From the NCBI RefSeq assembly GCF_009914755.1, contig NC_060939.1: a DNA stretch of 64,000 nt. One strand, given 5' to 3'. Within the stretch, counting starts at the first letter, position 1. Every line of letters begins with the position of its first letter. This DNA is from the human T2T-CHM13v2.0 reference genome, Homo sapiens. The position numbers were made by a program, and so were the translations under genes. This document shows, piece by piece, positions 39,490 to 53,326 of the stretch. The notes below the pieces were generated by a model. It did no database searches. It saw only the letters and a list, made by a program, of their open reading frames with translations, and had not been told where the DNA came from.

Positions 39490-42400
39490 CCTACTGACCA
39501 AATCCCTGGCTCGGAAGCAAATGACCTCTGTGACCTCGGGCCAGTAACTTAAATGCTCACAGCCTCAGTTTCCTTATCTGTAAAATGGGGCTGATAATAC
39601 CTACCTTGTTTACCTCAGAGGGTAGAAAATTGAGCTACAGTGAGGAGTAGCAGTAATGAGAAGTAATTCCCAGTCTCTCCTGGCCCACCCACCCCCACTG
39701 TATATAAATATTGTATATAAATATTATGCACAACAAATAAAATGAAATGGTGGATGTCAAAAGTGCTGGGTAGACTAGAACCTGCCATGTAAATCAGATG
39801 TAAAGGATATTCTCAACAATGCCACCAATGACAGCAGTAGAAGCTATACACTCGGCATCTTGTCAGTTCCACACCCTCCTTGGCTGTGGGTGTGAGAGGC
39901 ATTGCCTGGCCAAGGTCAGCATTCATCACAGCTGTGGCAATGGGAGTCCCCCCCAAGAGCACTGCCGTGTGATCTCTGGGCTGAAAAGAGACCTTCTTCC
40001 CCTCCATGCAATAATAACAGGCTCAACTACTTCTACCTCTGCTCATGGTCTCTTCCTCTCTACCCTCCGATCTCCCTCACAAACTGAGATGTTGGGAAGG
40101 CAAGAGCAGATGGAGATGGAACCTCACATCCTCTTGAACCAGATCAGGTCCCAAGCCAGGCACATCCCTTTCTCTCTATCATGGCTGTGAATGAATAATC
40201 AGATGTGTAGTGAGACTTTGAGGTCTGTCCAGCCACGGGGATAGAAGCTCCTCGAGGACCAGAGCTGCCATCTCTGCTCTGGCCCGGGGTGTAGCACAGA
40301 GGCTCGGGCACAAGAGGGCTCAGCACAAATCCGAAGATGTGTGAGCAAGTGAGTGAATGTCACCTACGAGGCGCCCCAGGTCCTTGACGTCTTCTTGGTT
40401 TTAGTGACTTTTCTCTGGGGAGCCAGGTGATAAAAGAATGAGAAGGAAATTGCCATTTCTGTCTATGCCTAGGAAGAAGCTCTCTGAGCCTTGATTTTCT
40501 CTTCTGTGAAAAGTGGGTAACACAGTTCTCAGAGGGAGTGTGAGCATTCAGTGAGAGGATGCATGTAAAACATCAACTACAGGGCCTGGCACGTGGCCGT
40601 TCTCATGTCATTGGAAGGCTTGCCTTCTCCATGTGCCACCTGGGTGCCTTGTACATGTTTCTACAGTGGCATTCCTTCTGTACAATTCTGAAAATCACCC
40701 TTTATTGAATGTCTGTCATGTGCCAGGCACTGTTTTAAGTGCTGTGCATTATTTCACTTGATCCTCACAACTCTATATTATTATTCCTGTTTTACAGATG
40801 AGGAAGCTGATGCTCACGGCAAGTTGAATAACTCATTCAAGATGAGATTGGACCCCAAGAATGTCTTACCTGCAGGTAGGAGTCTATGCTCTTACTGTCT
40901 TTGTGAACGACTTCCCAACCATTCTGCTGTAATAAATATAAAATATAAAAATATTTAGTATAACATAAATATAAAAATAAATAAATTTGTTTGTTTAGAT
41001 CTCCTTCTTCAACCTTAAGTTGTAAACATTTTAAGGGCCAACACCTCTTTTCTACAGTACCCAGGACAGTATCTGGCACATAGTAGGCATACAGTAAGTA
41101 GCCACCATTTATTGGACATGCTATGTGCTAAACATGTCACAGACACTCTCTCACTTATGTATTAGGAATCACTATGTCCATTTGTCAGATGAGAAAACTA
41201 AAGCCCAGAGAGGTTTTGTCACATGTACATGATCAATGGTAAGTCTGTCCTAGATCTGCCTGACTGCAGAGTGCCTGTGCACTTAACCGTAAGACACATC
41301 ACCCACCTTCCACCCGAATGAGCATTATTGAACCTTTCGGAATGCAGCTCCACATGGGCTGAAGTGGAAAATACATATGTTTAAGAGGATAAAAACTGTC
41401 CTTCATTTGTGTGTATGCACATGCACAAATACACACATATAGATGTATTTCCATACACATATTTATTGTTGGGATGTGCATAGATGGGCTCTGGAAGGCT
41501 GCATCTTTAGGGAGCTGCCTTTGGGGAATGAAGCAGAGAAGCAGGAAAGGGACTTGCTTTTCATTGTACATCTTTTGGTATCTTTGGAATTATGAACGGT
41601 GTGTAGATATTGTCTATTCAAGAACAATAAAAAATTTTCAAAAGAATGCTATATGTTTGGTGGAAAAGATACTGGATCCAAGAGACTCGGGTTCTGATCT
41701 TGCCTCTGCCACTGGATACATTTGAAGAATAATCAGATTTATTTTTAGTTTCTTTGTCCATAAAATGGGTATAAGAATCACTTCTCTTACCTCCCTCACA
41801 GGGCCACATGAGATCATTTACACAAAAGCATTTTTCAAGGTGTGAACAGCCTTGCACATGGAATACATTATTATACCATAGTGGTATCATTAAGGTCAAT
41901 TCCTTGATCCACCCACTCTGGCAGCCTGAGGACCTCGTAAAGAGCAGCATGGCTTTGAGCAAGATAATGGGTGTTTCCAGGTTAGAAAAGAGGTTTGGAG
42001 GCTTATCAGACATCTGTGGACAGAGGGCCATGGAGCACTAGTGCTACATCTTTCGACAAAGTGTTTGCATTTCCTCTTCCATCACCATCACACACCTACA
42101 AAGAGCAGTCTCTCTCCTCTTGAGAGTTAAGAACATTCTGGTCAGGTGGCCAGAGGCGGGGCAGCTCCTTTCCAATGAGTGGAGATAAACATGGTGAGGA
42201 TGGGAGACATGTGCTGGTGTTTGCTGGTGCTGCCAATTGCTGATTTCCGTTTGGGAGAAGGAAGATTCCAGGTGCAGAGAAACTGCAGCATCTGCAGTAT
42301 CGTGGGGTGGCAAAGTTTGGCAATCTCTGCCTCAAGAGTTCTATGACCTCAACTCAGCAAGCACAGCTATTTTAGCCAGAAAACAAAGCTTCTCTTAGAG

Positions 42401-42650
42401 AATGTGTTTCGCAAAAGTAGAATTGGGCGTTGGAAGGAGCCTGAGGGGAATTCTAGTTTCTGAGTCTCAGGATGCAGGGACAAGAGCACAGCCTGGGGAT
42501 TGGTGGATCTGGAATCCCAGCCCTAATATGCCTCCACAAAGCTAAGTGGCCTTGGCCAGATCCCTTTGCTTCCCTGGGCCTCAGTTTCCCCATCTGTAAA
42601 TGAGGGGCTTAGACTGAATCATCTTTACGATTCTCTCCATATTAAAGATC
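39490..42650. mobile_element. Multiple MIR/L2/L1M fragments
   Basis: Repeated MIR cores: gcctcagtttccttatctgtaaaatgggg (~39560), tttacagatgaggaagctga (~40790), gcctcagtttccccatctgtaaatgagg (~42580). Confidence 0.65.
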
Positions 42651-42899
42651 CCCTAACCTGGGACCTCTGTGTTGGGGAAACATGCTGCCTGACCTGTGTC
42701 TCTACTTGACAGACTTGCAGAGTGTGCTGTGTTTTCTTATCCCTGTCGTTGCATCTGGAGGCCATAGCCAGGAGAGTGTCTGTTCTGAGACATCAACACC
42801 CCAGCAGCGGAAAGTGCTGCTGACCTGCCTTTGCACCGGGAAACCTTGATCCTTGATTCTCACACTGCCCCACTGCGGGGGAGTTTGGGTAAGAGAAAG

Positions 42900-42903
<4 letters not shown>

Positions 42904-42953
<50 letters not shown>
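42904..42953. repeat. (TG)25 microsatellite
   Basis: Seen directly in the sequence. Confidence 0.95.
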
Positions 42954-42956
<3 letters not shown>

Positions 42957-44144
42957 TTGTATGTGTGAGTAGAAGGGGCCAGGTAATTGGAAATGTGTAC
43001 TTATTTTCCTGAATTATACACTTTTCTCCTAGAAACAAGGGGAATTCAACAACAATTTCAGTGTATGAAGCTGAAATGCATTTGTAGCAGCATAGTTTCC
43101 TATAACTGTGGGTTTTTCCTATCATTTCAGCTCCAACATGAGTTATGGTTAAGGGTTTCTAGGGCTTAGCTTGGGAATATAATGAGCACTTTAATATGGC
43201 TACTCTGGGATAATGTTCCATGTTTCAAGCAATTTAGGAACTCTCAGTACACAGCCATGTGTGAGATGGGGCAGCCTGTGTGTCTGTCAACTCTGCCAGG
43301 GCACTAACTCAACCATGGCCCAGAATCAGCATCAACCAACACTGATTTGATTAAAATATAATAGAGGGTCCTCAGTTTGTGGCTTAGTAAGTCTCCCTAT
43401 GTCTTTCAACAGTAATCTTAAGAAGGGAGCTTCTTCTTTGTAGACGGGGGCTTTGTGTTCCATTCTCTCCAGAATTACAGGAGCTGCTCAGGCATTTCCA
43501 AGCCCCTTTCCAAGCCCCTGTCCAGTGATTCTGCTGAGGGACTTGGTTCCAGGGCAGCCATTCCCTGGGAGGTTGCTGGAGTATCCTGCAGAGGCTTTCT
43601 TGTGTCTGCTTCAGAGATGCTACTCAGCAGGGCAGGCAGCTGGATTCCATGTCACAGTGTCTTAGAAAACTCAGTCCCCGCCACCTTTGCTTGATTCAAT
43701 TGTGTGATACGGCCAGACCACCGAATTCCTCTGGCCTCCTGTTCGCACTTGAGTTGTGCTTTTCTTGGAGTGTTCACTGAGCAGCCCTTGCCAGAGGTGC
43801 CTCCCTGCCCTTTTGCTCCTCACACGCCTGCCCACATGATGGGAGGAAACAAGTGGGAGACATGGGAGGATGTACTGGCACATGATCAGAAGCTCCAGGT
43901 CAAACTCTCTTCATTCTCTTCCCCAGGCGGTTGAAAAAAACACTTTTTAAAAATAAGGCCTATTGTATCAGGAAGACCTGGATGTCCCTGGCTAAGCCAA
44001 CTCTGGAACATTAGAGAATGTATAAACATGTGACAGAAACAGAAGTCAAGAGCATTTGATAACTCACCATATGAATACATGCCCACCTTCTTGGGGCCAT
44101 GAACCTATATGGGACTAATGCAGTCTCCCAGGATTGAGTTAGTG

Positions 44145-44362
44145 CAGGGCCTCTCAACCTCTCCATTGTTGACATTTCAGGCCAAATAGTTCTTTTTTGT
44201 GGGGTGGGGTCGCTCTCTTGTGTACCATAAGGTGCTTAGCGTATCTCTGGTCTTCACCTGCTAGATGACAAGTAGCCCCTTCTTCAGTTGTGACAATCAA
44301 AACTGTTTCCAGACGTTGCCGAATGTCCCCTGGAGGTGAAATTGCCCCTGGTTGAGAATCTG
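44145..44362. mobile_element. MER20
   Basis: gttgtgacaatcaaaactgtttccagacgttgccgaatgtcccctgg...ggttgagaa. Confidence 0.85.
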
Positions 44363-46539
44363 CGAGTTACAGCAGTCCAGGTATTCCTTATGTGCCTCAT
44401 CCTCCTGGACCTTCAGAGTTTAAGCAACATAGATTTTGTCTCACATTACATGAAAAACTAGTTCCCCAGGATGTTCATAGTTCCTGCACAGAAAAAGTGC
44501 TCTGTGACTGAATGTGGAGAACTGTGTGTGCCATGGTCCAACATGTTGAGGAAATGCAGCCTGATATATAATAAATCCTTCCTTCATGGAGAGTCAAAAT
44601 ACATTAGGATATTGGAGGCTGTAAAATGTCTGACAGTAAGGAAATCTGTTCAACACTGCCTGACCCAGATTTTGCTTTTTCTTGGCCAAAAATGACTTTA
44701 GAGATTCCTCTTTTAAAAGCCAGACACCCCAAACCATTTGAGCCAAGCTCTCTCAATCCCAAGTCCAAAATTCCCAAAGAAAAATCCCATTGGCCCGGCA
44801 CAGATCAACTGTTTCATGATTTCCAGACTAATCAATGGTTTCGGGGTCATTTAACTGCCTGCTCCTGTTGCAATTAAGAGATTATATCGCTGGTGGGTGT
44901 GTGAGGCATAAAGTGTTGTTCCCCAAAGAATGGATGTACTAACCAGACAAAACAACAGATGCCTAGTTAATAATACTTTAGTACTGATTTCCTTTCAAAG
45001 TTCTTTTTCCTTTCTTTATGCTTTTTTTCTAAATGCCTGAGCAGCTTCATCATCTTGATTCGTGTTCAGATTTCTTGGAAGCTGGTGGCAACCAACCTAA
45101 ATTGCTGCAAAAGTTACAAGTACATGGAAACATTTTTTAAATTCTGAAATTAAAAGAGACAGTTTGTTTTGTCAATATTTCCACAGACTGGGCTACTGTA
45201 GGTGCCACTGCAGCTGGCCAGGGTGAAGTTGGCGGTGGATACAGGTCCAGAGCTTTCACTATGTTGTATTCCAGATAGTTGCCCCTGTGCTACCATTTAT
45301 AGGTTTGCTACCATGAATTGGCAGGTGAAAAATAGTGTTTGAAGAGGTGAAGCAGCCCTGAGCAGACCAGGGGCACCACGATCAGCTTACTCAATTTCTA
45401 TTCCGAGCAAGGAATGCCATTACTTTAAATACTGTGTTCTGGTTTCTAAGGAAACCAAATAAGTGGGTTGCTAACACAATCTTAGAACTTTCTATGAAGA
45501 TTAAAGCACTTTGCTCTAGCTAAAGAGCAGATGGGAGAGTCATAGATGGAACCCATATTTCTCACTACTTGGGGGAGGGTTAGGCCAGGGAAAAGATGAA
45601 GGAAGAGTTTTTCATTCGTGGGAAGAAAATAAAATGTGTAGCTCTTGGCTATTTAACAAATAGTTGTTATTTGCTAAATCAATCAAGATAGGGGTTTAAA
45701 TCTGGCTTCCAGTTCCATTTCCACTACTAATGCTTTTTCTGTTTGTCAATTTATTGAAGTCAGTGCCAAATCTGGGAAGTCAGTTATGGGATAGAAAATA
45801 GTTGCGTTTTAGTTGGCCCATTCCTTTTGGTTATTCTTATAAAATATTTTAAGTACATAAAAAGCTCTATACAATTAAGGAAAAGTAGTGTTGGTTAAAG
45901 CACAGCATGGGCTAAAAAAATGCAAAGTGGTCAGTCTTGCTTTGTTACTTTCATAGCCTCTCTACTTTCTGCATACCTGCATACTGCACACCTGCGACAC
46001 TCTGCTTTCTCTGGCCTCCAGTTCAAATTTTAGTGGGGGATGGTTGGGGGGAGGGGTGAAGCGGGAAGAACTAAGGTGATCAGCCTAATTGCCATGACCC
46101 ATTCTGGGGACAGGACCCATCCAGGCCACTTTGAGGGTGCTGGCAGTCTTTGGCTATGGTAGCCTTAGAAAGTGCCCAGCTCACATCCAACTTATGACCA
46201 TCCTTGACCAAAAAATGGCTTCACTGTTTCTCTAAGGAGCCAAGTTCTGATTCATCCAGTACATCCCCTGACAGAAGAGGAAATCAGGAACCAGGGACTT
46301 GCCCAATATTAGAGAACAGAGAAACAAGAATTCAGGCCTTCCCAAACGCCGGTACTGTCCAAGCATCCAGGCTTGCTTCTGGTGGTGCCCCTCCTATGCA
46401 TCTGCATGCCTTCTACCACTGGGCAGAGCTTAGTACGTTTTTTAATATGTAAAACCACAACAAACGTATCATCTCTGGAGATAAAAGAACTGGGGGCGGG
46501 AATCACGTGAGTGTAAAATATTGGACATCATCTCAATTT

Positions 46540-46740
46540 TAGAGGTTGGCCAGAGAATAAATATTTCAGGCTTTGCAGGCCATATGGTCTCTCACCTCCG
46601 CATTGTAGCACTGAAGCAACCATGGACAATATGTAAATAATGTGTGGCTGTGTTCTAACAAAACTTTGTTTACAAAAAGAGGCTGCTGGGCAGCGTTGGT
46701 CCACAGGCTATAAGGCAATAGTTTGCTGATCACCTTATCT
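46540..46740. mobile_element. MER58A-like hAT-Charlie MITE
   Basis: aaatatttcaggctttgcaggccatatggtctc...tgtggctgtgttctaacaaaacttt. Confidence 0.8.
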
Positions 46741-48859
46741 AAAAGATTACATCATTTAATTGGTACACTTTATTAGGAAAAGAGAAAATTAAGGAAATAG
46801 TTTTATCTTTCTTGGTCATCATGGTGTTTGAGTATTTGTAAAATAGGAATACAGTAATTTCTTACCTTTCTAATTACAGATGTTACAGGATTTGTTAGAA
46901 GCTCACCATTTTCCTTACAATATTGGCTTTAAGAAGGGGGAAGCAAGGAAAAGGAACAATGAGAGGGATGATGACCTCTAATATTTCTGTGATTGAGAAG
47001 CCAATATTTTAAAAGTTTTCTCTCATTTCTCTTTATCCAGAGCTAACAAACATTAACTGCTTTAATTTCAATTCAATACTCCATTCTCAAGCTGAGGGTT
47101 TACAAGGCAATGAAATTCTCTAACTCAGTTAAACAGAGAGAAGACTGAGAAGTAAAGGGTGAAAACAATTACCTGGAGAAATCTGCACAATGAAGTAGGA
47201 ACCGCCTTACATCACTCATCCCCTGGTAGATGAGGATGCAACTGACACTGCCTCCCATCAGAGGCCTACCACGGGAATGCTGTAGCTATTATCTGTTCCC
47301 TCTGGGTAATTCAAAGCCATGGCTAGATGAAGCACTCATTCCTTCCACAGAAACCTATTACGCCAGCCTCCAAAACCATAGCACACCAGATCACAATTCC
47401 ATTCTTTGGTTGGTTCCTCAGCAATTACATGAAGAACATCATGCTCAGCCAGAAGCTCCAAATTTCATGCAGCTCATTATCTTATTTGCTCCAATCCTCT
47501 GCTTCCAACTGAAACCTTAGATACAGGTACAGCCAGTTTATAGTTGCACAATTATCCAACCTATTTCTGCAAGAGTAAGGGTCACCTTGCTTGCCACATG
47601 ATTGCTAAATAATTACTCAAAGTGTCAAAATGGAAGGACTGGGAAGAGAGAAATACAGAGATTGAGACTGGGTCCAGAACTGAAACATCTCCCATTTCAC
47701 AAACCATACTCTGGCTCTGCAATCCACAAGGCTGCCATTGATGCCTAATATATAAGCCAAGTGTAATATTCCATGACAGTAACATCAGAAGAACCCAAAT
47801 CAAGCCAAAAGTACTGACTGACTTGCTAATCTAGAAATTTCACGACCTATTCAACATGTCTAAATATTCTCTCTAAAATGAAATGATACCCATAGGCATG
47901 GTTCCCAGTTCTGAGCTTAGACTCAACTAAGCACCTTTAATGGCAAGGCCCATAGTTCAGGTTACTTCTCTTTCACCGTTTCCTGCTTTAAAAAAGTATT
48001 ATTATTACATGTAGCTTTTGACTGTTTTCAGGTGCGATGCACACCCTCTTCTGGTTAGGAGAAAAACTGATCACTATTGGAAAAAATTAGGGAGTGGTAC
48101 ATGTACTGGTTAAAAAGGAAGTATCTGATACAACTGATGAGGCATTCTCCTTCGCTTTGTGATCACCAAAAAGTTCATTTCTTTGTTATGAAAATTAGTA
48201 TCCTATTTTCTGACAGATGAATGCACTTTTTCAGATTCCCTACATTTCACTGTGACATAGTGAGAAGTCCTGGGGCTACTTAGGGAAAGGGCGATGAGGT
48301 GAGGCCCAATAACTTTAGTCCCCAAGGCCCTCTTCAGTCCTCCTGTTCCACATTCCCAAAGACACCTGAAGGTGAAGGAAGCATGTTTGCCTTGCACACC
48401 CTGTGCACCTTATGCCAAGACATAACAAAGTACAGTGATTGGGGCATGGGCTTTGGTATGGGGCTGGGTTAACATCTCCATGACTCTTCCATCATCTGAA
48501 AAGTGAGAAATAGTAACCAAAATCTACTTCACAGGACTGTTTTAAGGATTGAGTTAATACTGGGAAAAGACTTAGAACAGTGCCCAGCACAGAGGAACTA
48601 ATATAAAAAGGTGAAGGAATCTATAGAAGCCTTCTCCTAATAACCAGGATGGTCTCTGGCTAAACGCCTGGGCCCATGCCGCAGATCACACCAACCATCC
48701 CAGATGGAGATTTTTATTCTTAACTCCTTCGTGACGATTTTACAGCCTTTTTTGGCAACTCCATATGACCACCAATCAATACTCAAGCTGGACTCTTTTT
48801 TCTGTCTTCTACTTGTGGGGAGTCATGAACTCTTGAAGTATCTCTTCTGAAAGGACAGA

Positions 48860-51800
48860 TTTCATTTCAATAATCATTTTATTAGTACAGAAGAATCCCC
48901 ACTAGTATTTACATAGTGCAAAAAAGCTGTTATTACCCCCCAAATGTGATATAACAATTATCCTTCATACAGCAAAAGATGAAAATCCCTTCATGTTATA
49001 ACTCACACTAATTTTGCTAGTTTTTTATTAGAGCATTACAATTAAGACATTAAATTATAAACTTATGTGGTATATTTAGAAATTAAATTATAAAATAATA
49101 CAAATACTTTCAAGGTGTGATGTGCCAACAAAATTTAAATTTTTCTCATTAGGATTCAGATTTCAGATTAGGCAAACAGTTTGGTTGATTCTGTGATGTA
49201 TGTAAAGGTTGGAAGGGATGAGGGAGGAGGAAGATGTCTGTAAATAAATTATTTCACAGAATTTTTTTAAATCAAAAAAAGATAAAAATTTTTAAATGAG
49301 TTGATGTTCTAACCTGTTGGCCCAACATACAGAAAATACATGACAAGGGTGTTTTTTTTTTTTTAAGCAAACAGCAGCTTTACAAACAGTAATACTTCTT
49401 TATACATATATTAAAGTAACAATGTGTTAAGATTGAACAGTTTCATGTTAAAGAGTTGAAAATGAGTGTAGCATTCACTACTCATTTGCACATTTCAATT
49501 CCCACCCCTCCCTCCTCCCCCAGCTTATTTAGAAATCAGACAAGTACATATTTGGATATTAATTTCTCAGTATTTAAACTATGTGAATTCCTTTTGACTA
49601 ATTCTTTTCCAAATACTGGAATCATATAAAATACCATCTCTGCAAAAACCACCTCCAGTCAAAGCCAGTAAAAACTTCTCAATGTATAACACACATTACT
49701 TTTCCACATTTAGTCAAAAGAAATATATTACATCATTTACAAACATATTTAAACCGAAAATTAAGCTAATATGAACATCTGTCTTTTGAGAAGTAATCTT
49801 CACAGCAAACAAACCTACTGAAGCAGAAATCTAACTTTGGAAGTGTAATTCATATTTTAGTTAATATGCTTACATACTGAAATAGAAATCTATTATTAAT
49901 TATTGCCAGTAAAACCACCTCTACACATTAAGAGAAAAAATCACTATGTTTTTTATTTCTTGTGATGATGAACCAACCCTTACTCTTCCCACTGGATCTC
50001 TTTATAGGTCTTCAAAGAGCCAACCATGCCCACTTCAAAAAATATATAAAAACTTTCCTAATTTTCACAACTCCTCCAAAGCCTGTAATTCAATATTCCA
50101 AAATTTAAAGGAAACAAGTTATAAAGACATTATTAATATTTATTTAAGCATGCTCTCAAAATGGTAACATTTCCTTTAATAATTCTTGGGTTGTCCTCTA
50201 GAGGTGACCTGTCTCATAAAAAGGCTATGGTCCCTTGGATTTGCTGGCAGAAGAGGTACTGCATATGCGAGAGCATTTACCGAACATATAAATAAACACT
50301 TCTGAAGTCTATAGCAAAACTAAAAGTTACCAGTGTTCTGAAGATTTCCTCAACTTCTCTTTTGATACAAATGTCAAAAATCTAAAATGACAATTCATGT
50401 TCAGAAGAGATATAAAATATAAGAAACCTGTGAAAAGCCATCATCTCAAGGTCAAGAGTTATCTGAATCACTGACATCGAGCAAAGGAAATTTACACCAT
50501 AAAAAGTATGAACAGTTTTTAAATTCACTTTTAAGACTGTCAGTAGTTCAAAACCTCTATCATTTCTTTAAACCAACGAACACTTCCAAATGTGTAGAGA
50601 CAGTAAGATCTGCCATGTATAAATCCATGAGTACTATTTCAGAGGCTTCATTCCTTACCTGCTGTGTTCCTTTAAATATTGGATATTTAGTGCCTAGGAA
50701 GTCTATACTGGAGAACAGTTTAGACAGGACAGTATAAGAATGTCCCCTTTTAGCACAATAATAAAGTTGATTGACTAACATTTTCTACACAGCTCCTGAA
50801 CTTTCACAATTCACAAATACTAAATCATCAACCAAGAATCCAATCTCTCCAGTAATTAAATGCCAGCATTATAAAACATCAAAACTAGCACAGTAGTCCC
50901 AATGAGTTCAGTAAAGAATCTGCCCAATTCTTCTCTCCTGCCTCTGTGAGGCAAAGCCCTGCCCCAGATAATCAGGGCAGGGATAATACCCCTTCCTTCT
51001 CAGTTTTGTGCCTGCTTATGGAAGCTTGTAAGTGGAAAACACACACACGTACGGATGTGTGCATGTGTGTGAGGGGGGTGGGGGGGACAGTTGGGGGTGG
51101 TGGGGAGTTGGATGGAAGACAAAAAAATTACATAGTTTGTCATTCTTCCACCATTACATAAACTTGTAAAGTCACTGAAGTCCAGGTGGTGACTGACTAG
51201 CAAATAAAACATTTAGCTCATTTATTGTCTCCTAAGCAGGTATACAAACTCCTAGAGAAGGGCAGAGATAAATAATAGTGAATAGAGAATTAATACCTAC
51301 ATATCTGTATACTCTAAATCATCTAATAGTTTCAGCACAATTAGAACAACTTTCTCTTATCTTCTAAAACTTCCTCCTCTAAGCCTTGATTATCAGGATA
51401 CATGTCACAAGTTGTGCAAAGTTCCTTTCCTTGACCTCCTGACAGTAACTATGGTCATTGCTATGTGGAAGGTGCTCAAGGCTAGGTGCAAAATAGGTAT
51501 TTTTTAAAAGGTGAAACAGTTTTGCACTCAGGACAAGTTTGGATACTCAATCAAATCCATATCTCAAATCAAGAGTCCTGAACCAGAAGCATGCAAGAGA
51601 ACACACCAGTATAAGACTCTGTTTCTGAAGAGTTTACATGTAAGTGCAGCAGTCATACAATCGGTTACAGTTATTCACCTGTCAACATGTGCCTAGCTTT
51701 TTGTAAATAAGTCTATGTACAAGAGCATTCCTGAGGTAAGTAAGAAGCAAATATGAGACAGAACCTGGAGGTCCTATCATGGGTGACTGTTCACTATTAT

Positions 51801-52466
51801 AGACAGCATCTATCACTTTCCACAAATGAGGCTAGCTAGCTATAATCTAAGATGGTGGCTCCACTGCTAGCCGAAGTTTTGAAGGCTCTGTTTTAGCCCA
51901 TCCCAACACTAATTAATTACAATAATCAGTGACTTCTGACTAAACATTTGTGGACCACATAAAAGTTGCATTGATTTTTTAACATACAACACTGGTGGAC
52001 TTAGTTACCCTCAGCCTTTCATTTAATTTTCTGACTCCACCCCCAGTTCTTTTTTAAAGAAGCCCAAACAATTTTTTGGTCAAATTAGAGCAGAGGAGGT
52101 GGAGTCCTGAAGCAAACACTGATAACTGCTTCTATCCTTAGAACCTTGTTCTTTAACTTTCAAAATGTCTTTTAAGTAAGCATTTGAAATTTATTTTCTT
52201 TAAGATCTGGTCTTCTTTTTATCACTGTTTTTGATTACAAAATAAGCTGAAACAGATCTGAATTTTCCACACAGTTCTTAGAAAGACACTTAGATACTAA
52301 TTAAAAGCTAAGCTACAGATCATAACAAGTAAAAGCTACAAAAATATTTGTTGGGAATTAAATACGTATATTAAATACTGGACAGTGCAAAATGTTGAGA
52401 TGAAGCATAAAAGGTAATGGCTGCAACCCTTCCACAGCTGGAGATAGAGAGCCGACATTTCCTGAG
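48860..52466 (-). other. SECISBP2L: SECISBP2L 3'UTR (~3.6 kb; distal end approximate)
   Basis: An AU-rich stretch free of recognisable transposons follows the stop codon and ends at AATAAA (48878-48883, minus strand). A MIR resumes shortly beyond it. Confidence 0.8.
48878..48883 (-). terminator. SECISBP2L: Probable distal polyadenylation signal AATAAA of SECISBP2L
   Basis: The + strand reads tttatt here, at the end of the UTR-like block. An upstream UGUA (TGTAC, + strand gtaca ~48885) supports the call. Confidence 0.7.
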
Positions 52467-53149
52467 TTACGTAGTTTGCGTTGTGTAATTAGAATCAGAG
52501 TGCTCTTTGTTGAGCGAGCTGCAGTTGCTGGACTTCTGCTGCCCAGGACTGGCCTGCTGGTCAGCAGTCCATGCCTCACTGTCCATCCCTGGCTCCAGCA
52601 CCTCAGGCGCCTCTGCTTCCTCTTCTCCACTTTGCTCTACATTGTCTTCCTCAGAACCATTAAGGGTTTTTCCAAGCTGAAGGGTTTCCATAGTTCTCTG
52701 GGTCTCTGAGACCCAAGACTCAATTCTACTATTGAGCTGCACTTCTACAGATATGGGTTCATGAGTATAATCTTCCTCCTCCTCCTCATCTTCATCTTCT
52801 TCTTCTTCAAGCATGCCAGGTACAAGAGTGCTGGTGGTGCTGGTGATGGAGGAATTCAAAAGATCTCGGCAACTGCCATCCAAAGAGCCAGTCTCTGTAC
52901 TCTGCTGTGAGGCCCATTCCAGGTCATCTGGCTTCACTTCCTCTTTATCACTTGCTGTGGATTTCCCAGCACTTGTAGCTGAGGTAGTACTGCCTGTAGC
53001 CACTAATGATGGCTGCTTACCAATTGGGGGTGTGTCAAATGGAAGTTTACTGGGTTTTTCAGAAGTGCTGTGCTTACAGGATACCTCTTTCTCATTTTCT
53101 GATGCTTCCAGTCCATCTGAAGTTTCCACCATGTTTCTCCAATTTGTTT
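52467..53149 (-). CDS. SECISBP2L: SECISBP2L last coding exon: Ser/Thr- and Glu-rich disordered C-terminal tail ending ...SNYTTQTT*
   Basis: Acceptor cttgtag|AA ACA AAT TGG completes the Glu codon split from the previous exon. 683 nt to the TAA stop. Confidence 0.95.
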
Positions 53150-53314
53150 CTACAAGTATCAAGCAGATTTTTTAAAAACCAGAACACTGTTTCAAAATCA
53201 TGCAACTCTTTAAAAACCCCCAAAAAAGAAAGAACAACAAAATATATAAATTTGTTGGCTTAGAAACTGACTGGAAAAACTACAAATTTAGTTTATTTAG
53301 TACTAGTTTGAGAC

Positions 53315-53326
53315 AGAGAGAGAGAG

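Noticed and set aside
48860-52466. A SECIS element in the SECISBP2L 3'UTR (autoregulation idea)
   Set aside because: I could not identify an AUGA/GA kink-turn hairpin by eye. The CDS ends in TAA with no in-frame TGA in the visible exons. A SECISearch run would be needed to exclude it.
52467-53162. ORF-track start MILVETN as a separate gene; likewise the ORF-track ends of other exons
   Set aside because: The extensions are intronic. Splice sites define the true exon limits.
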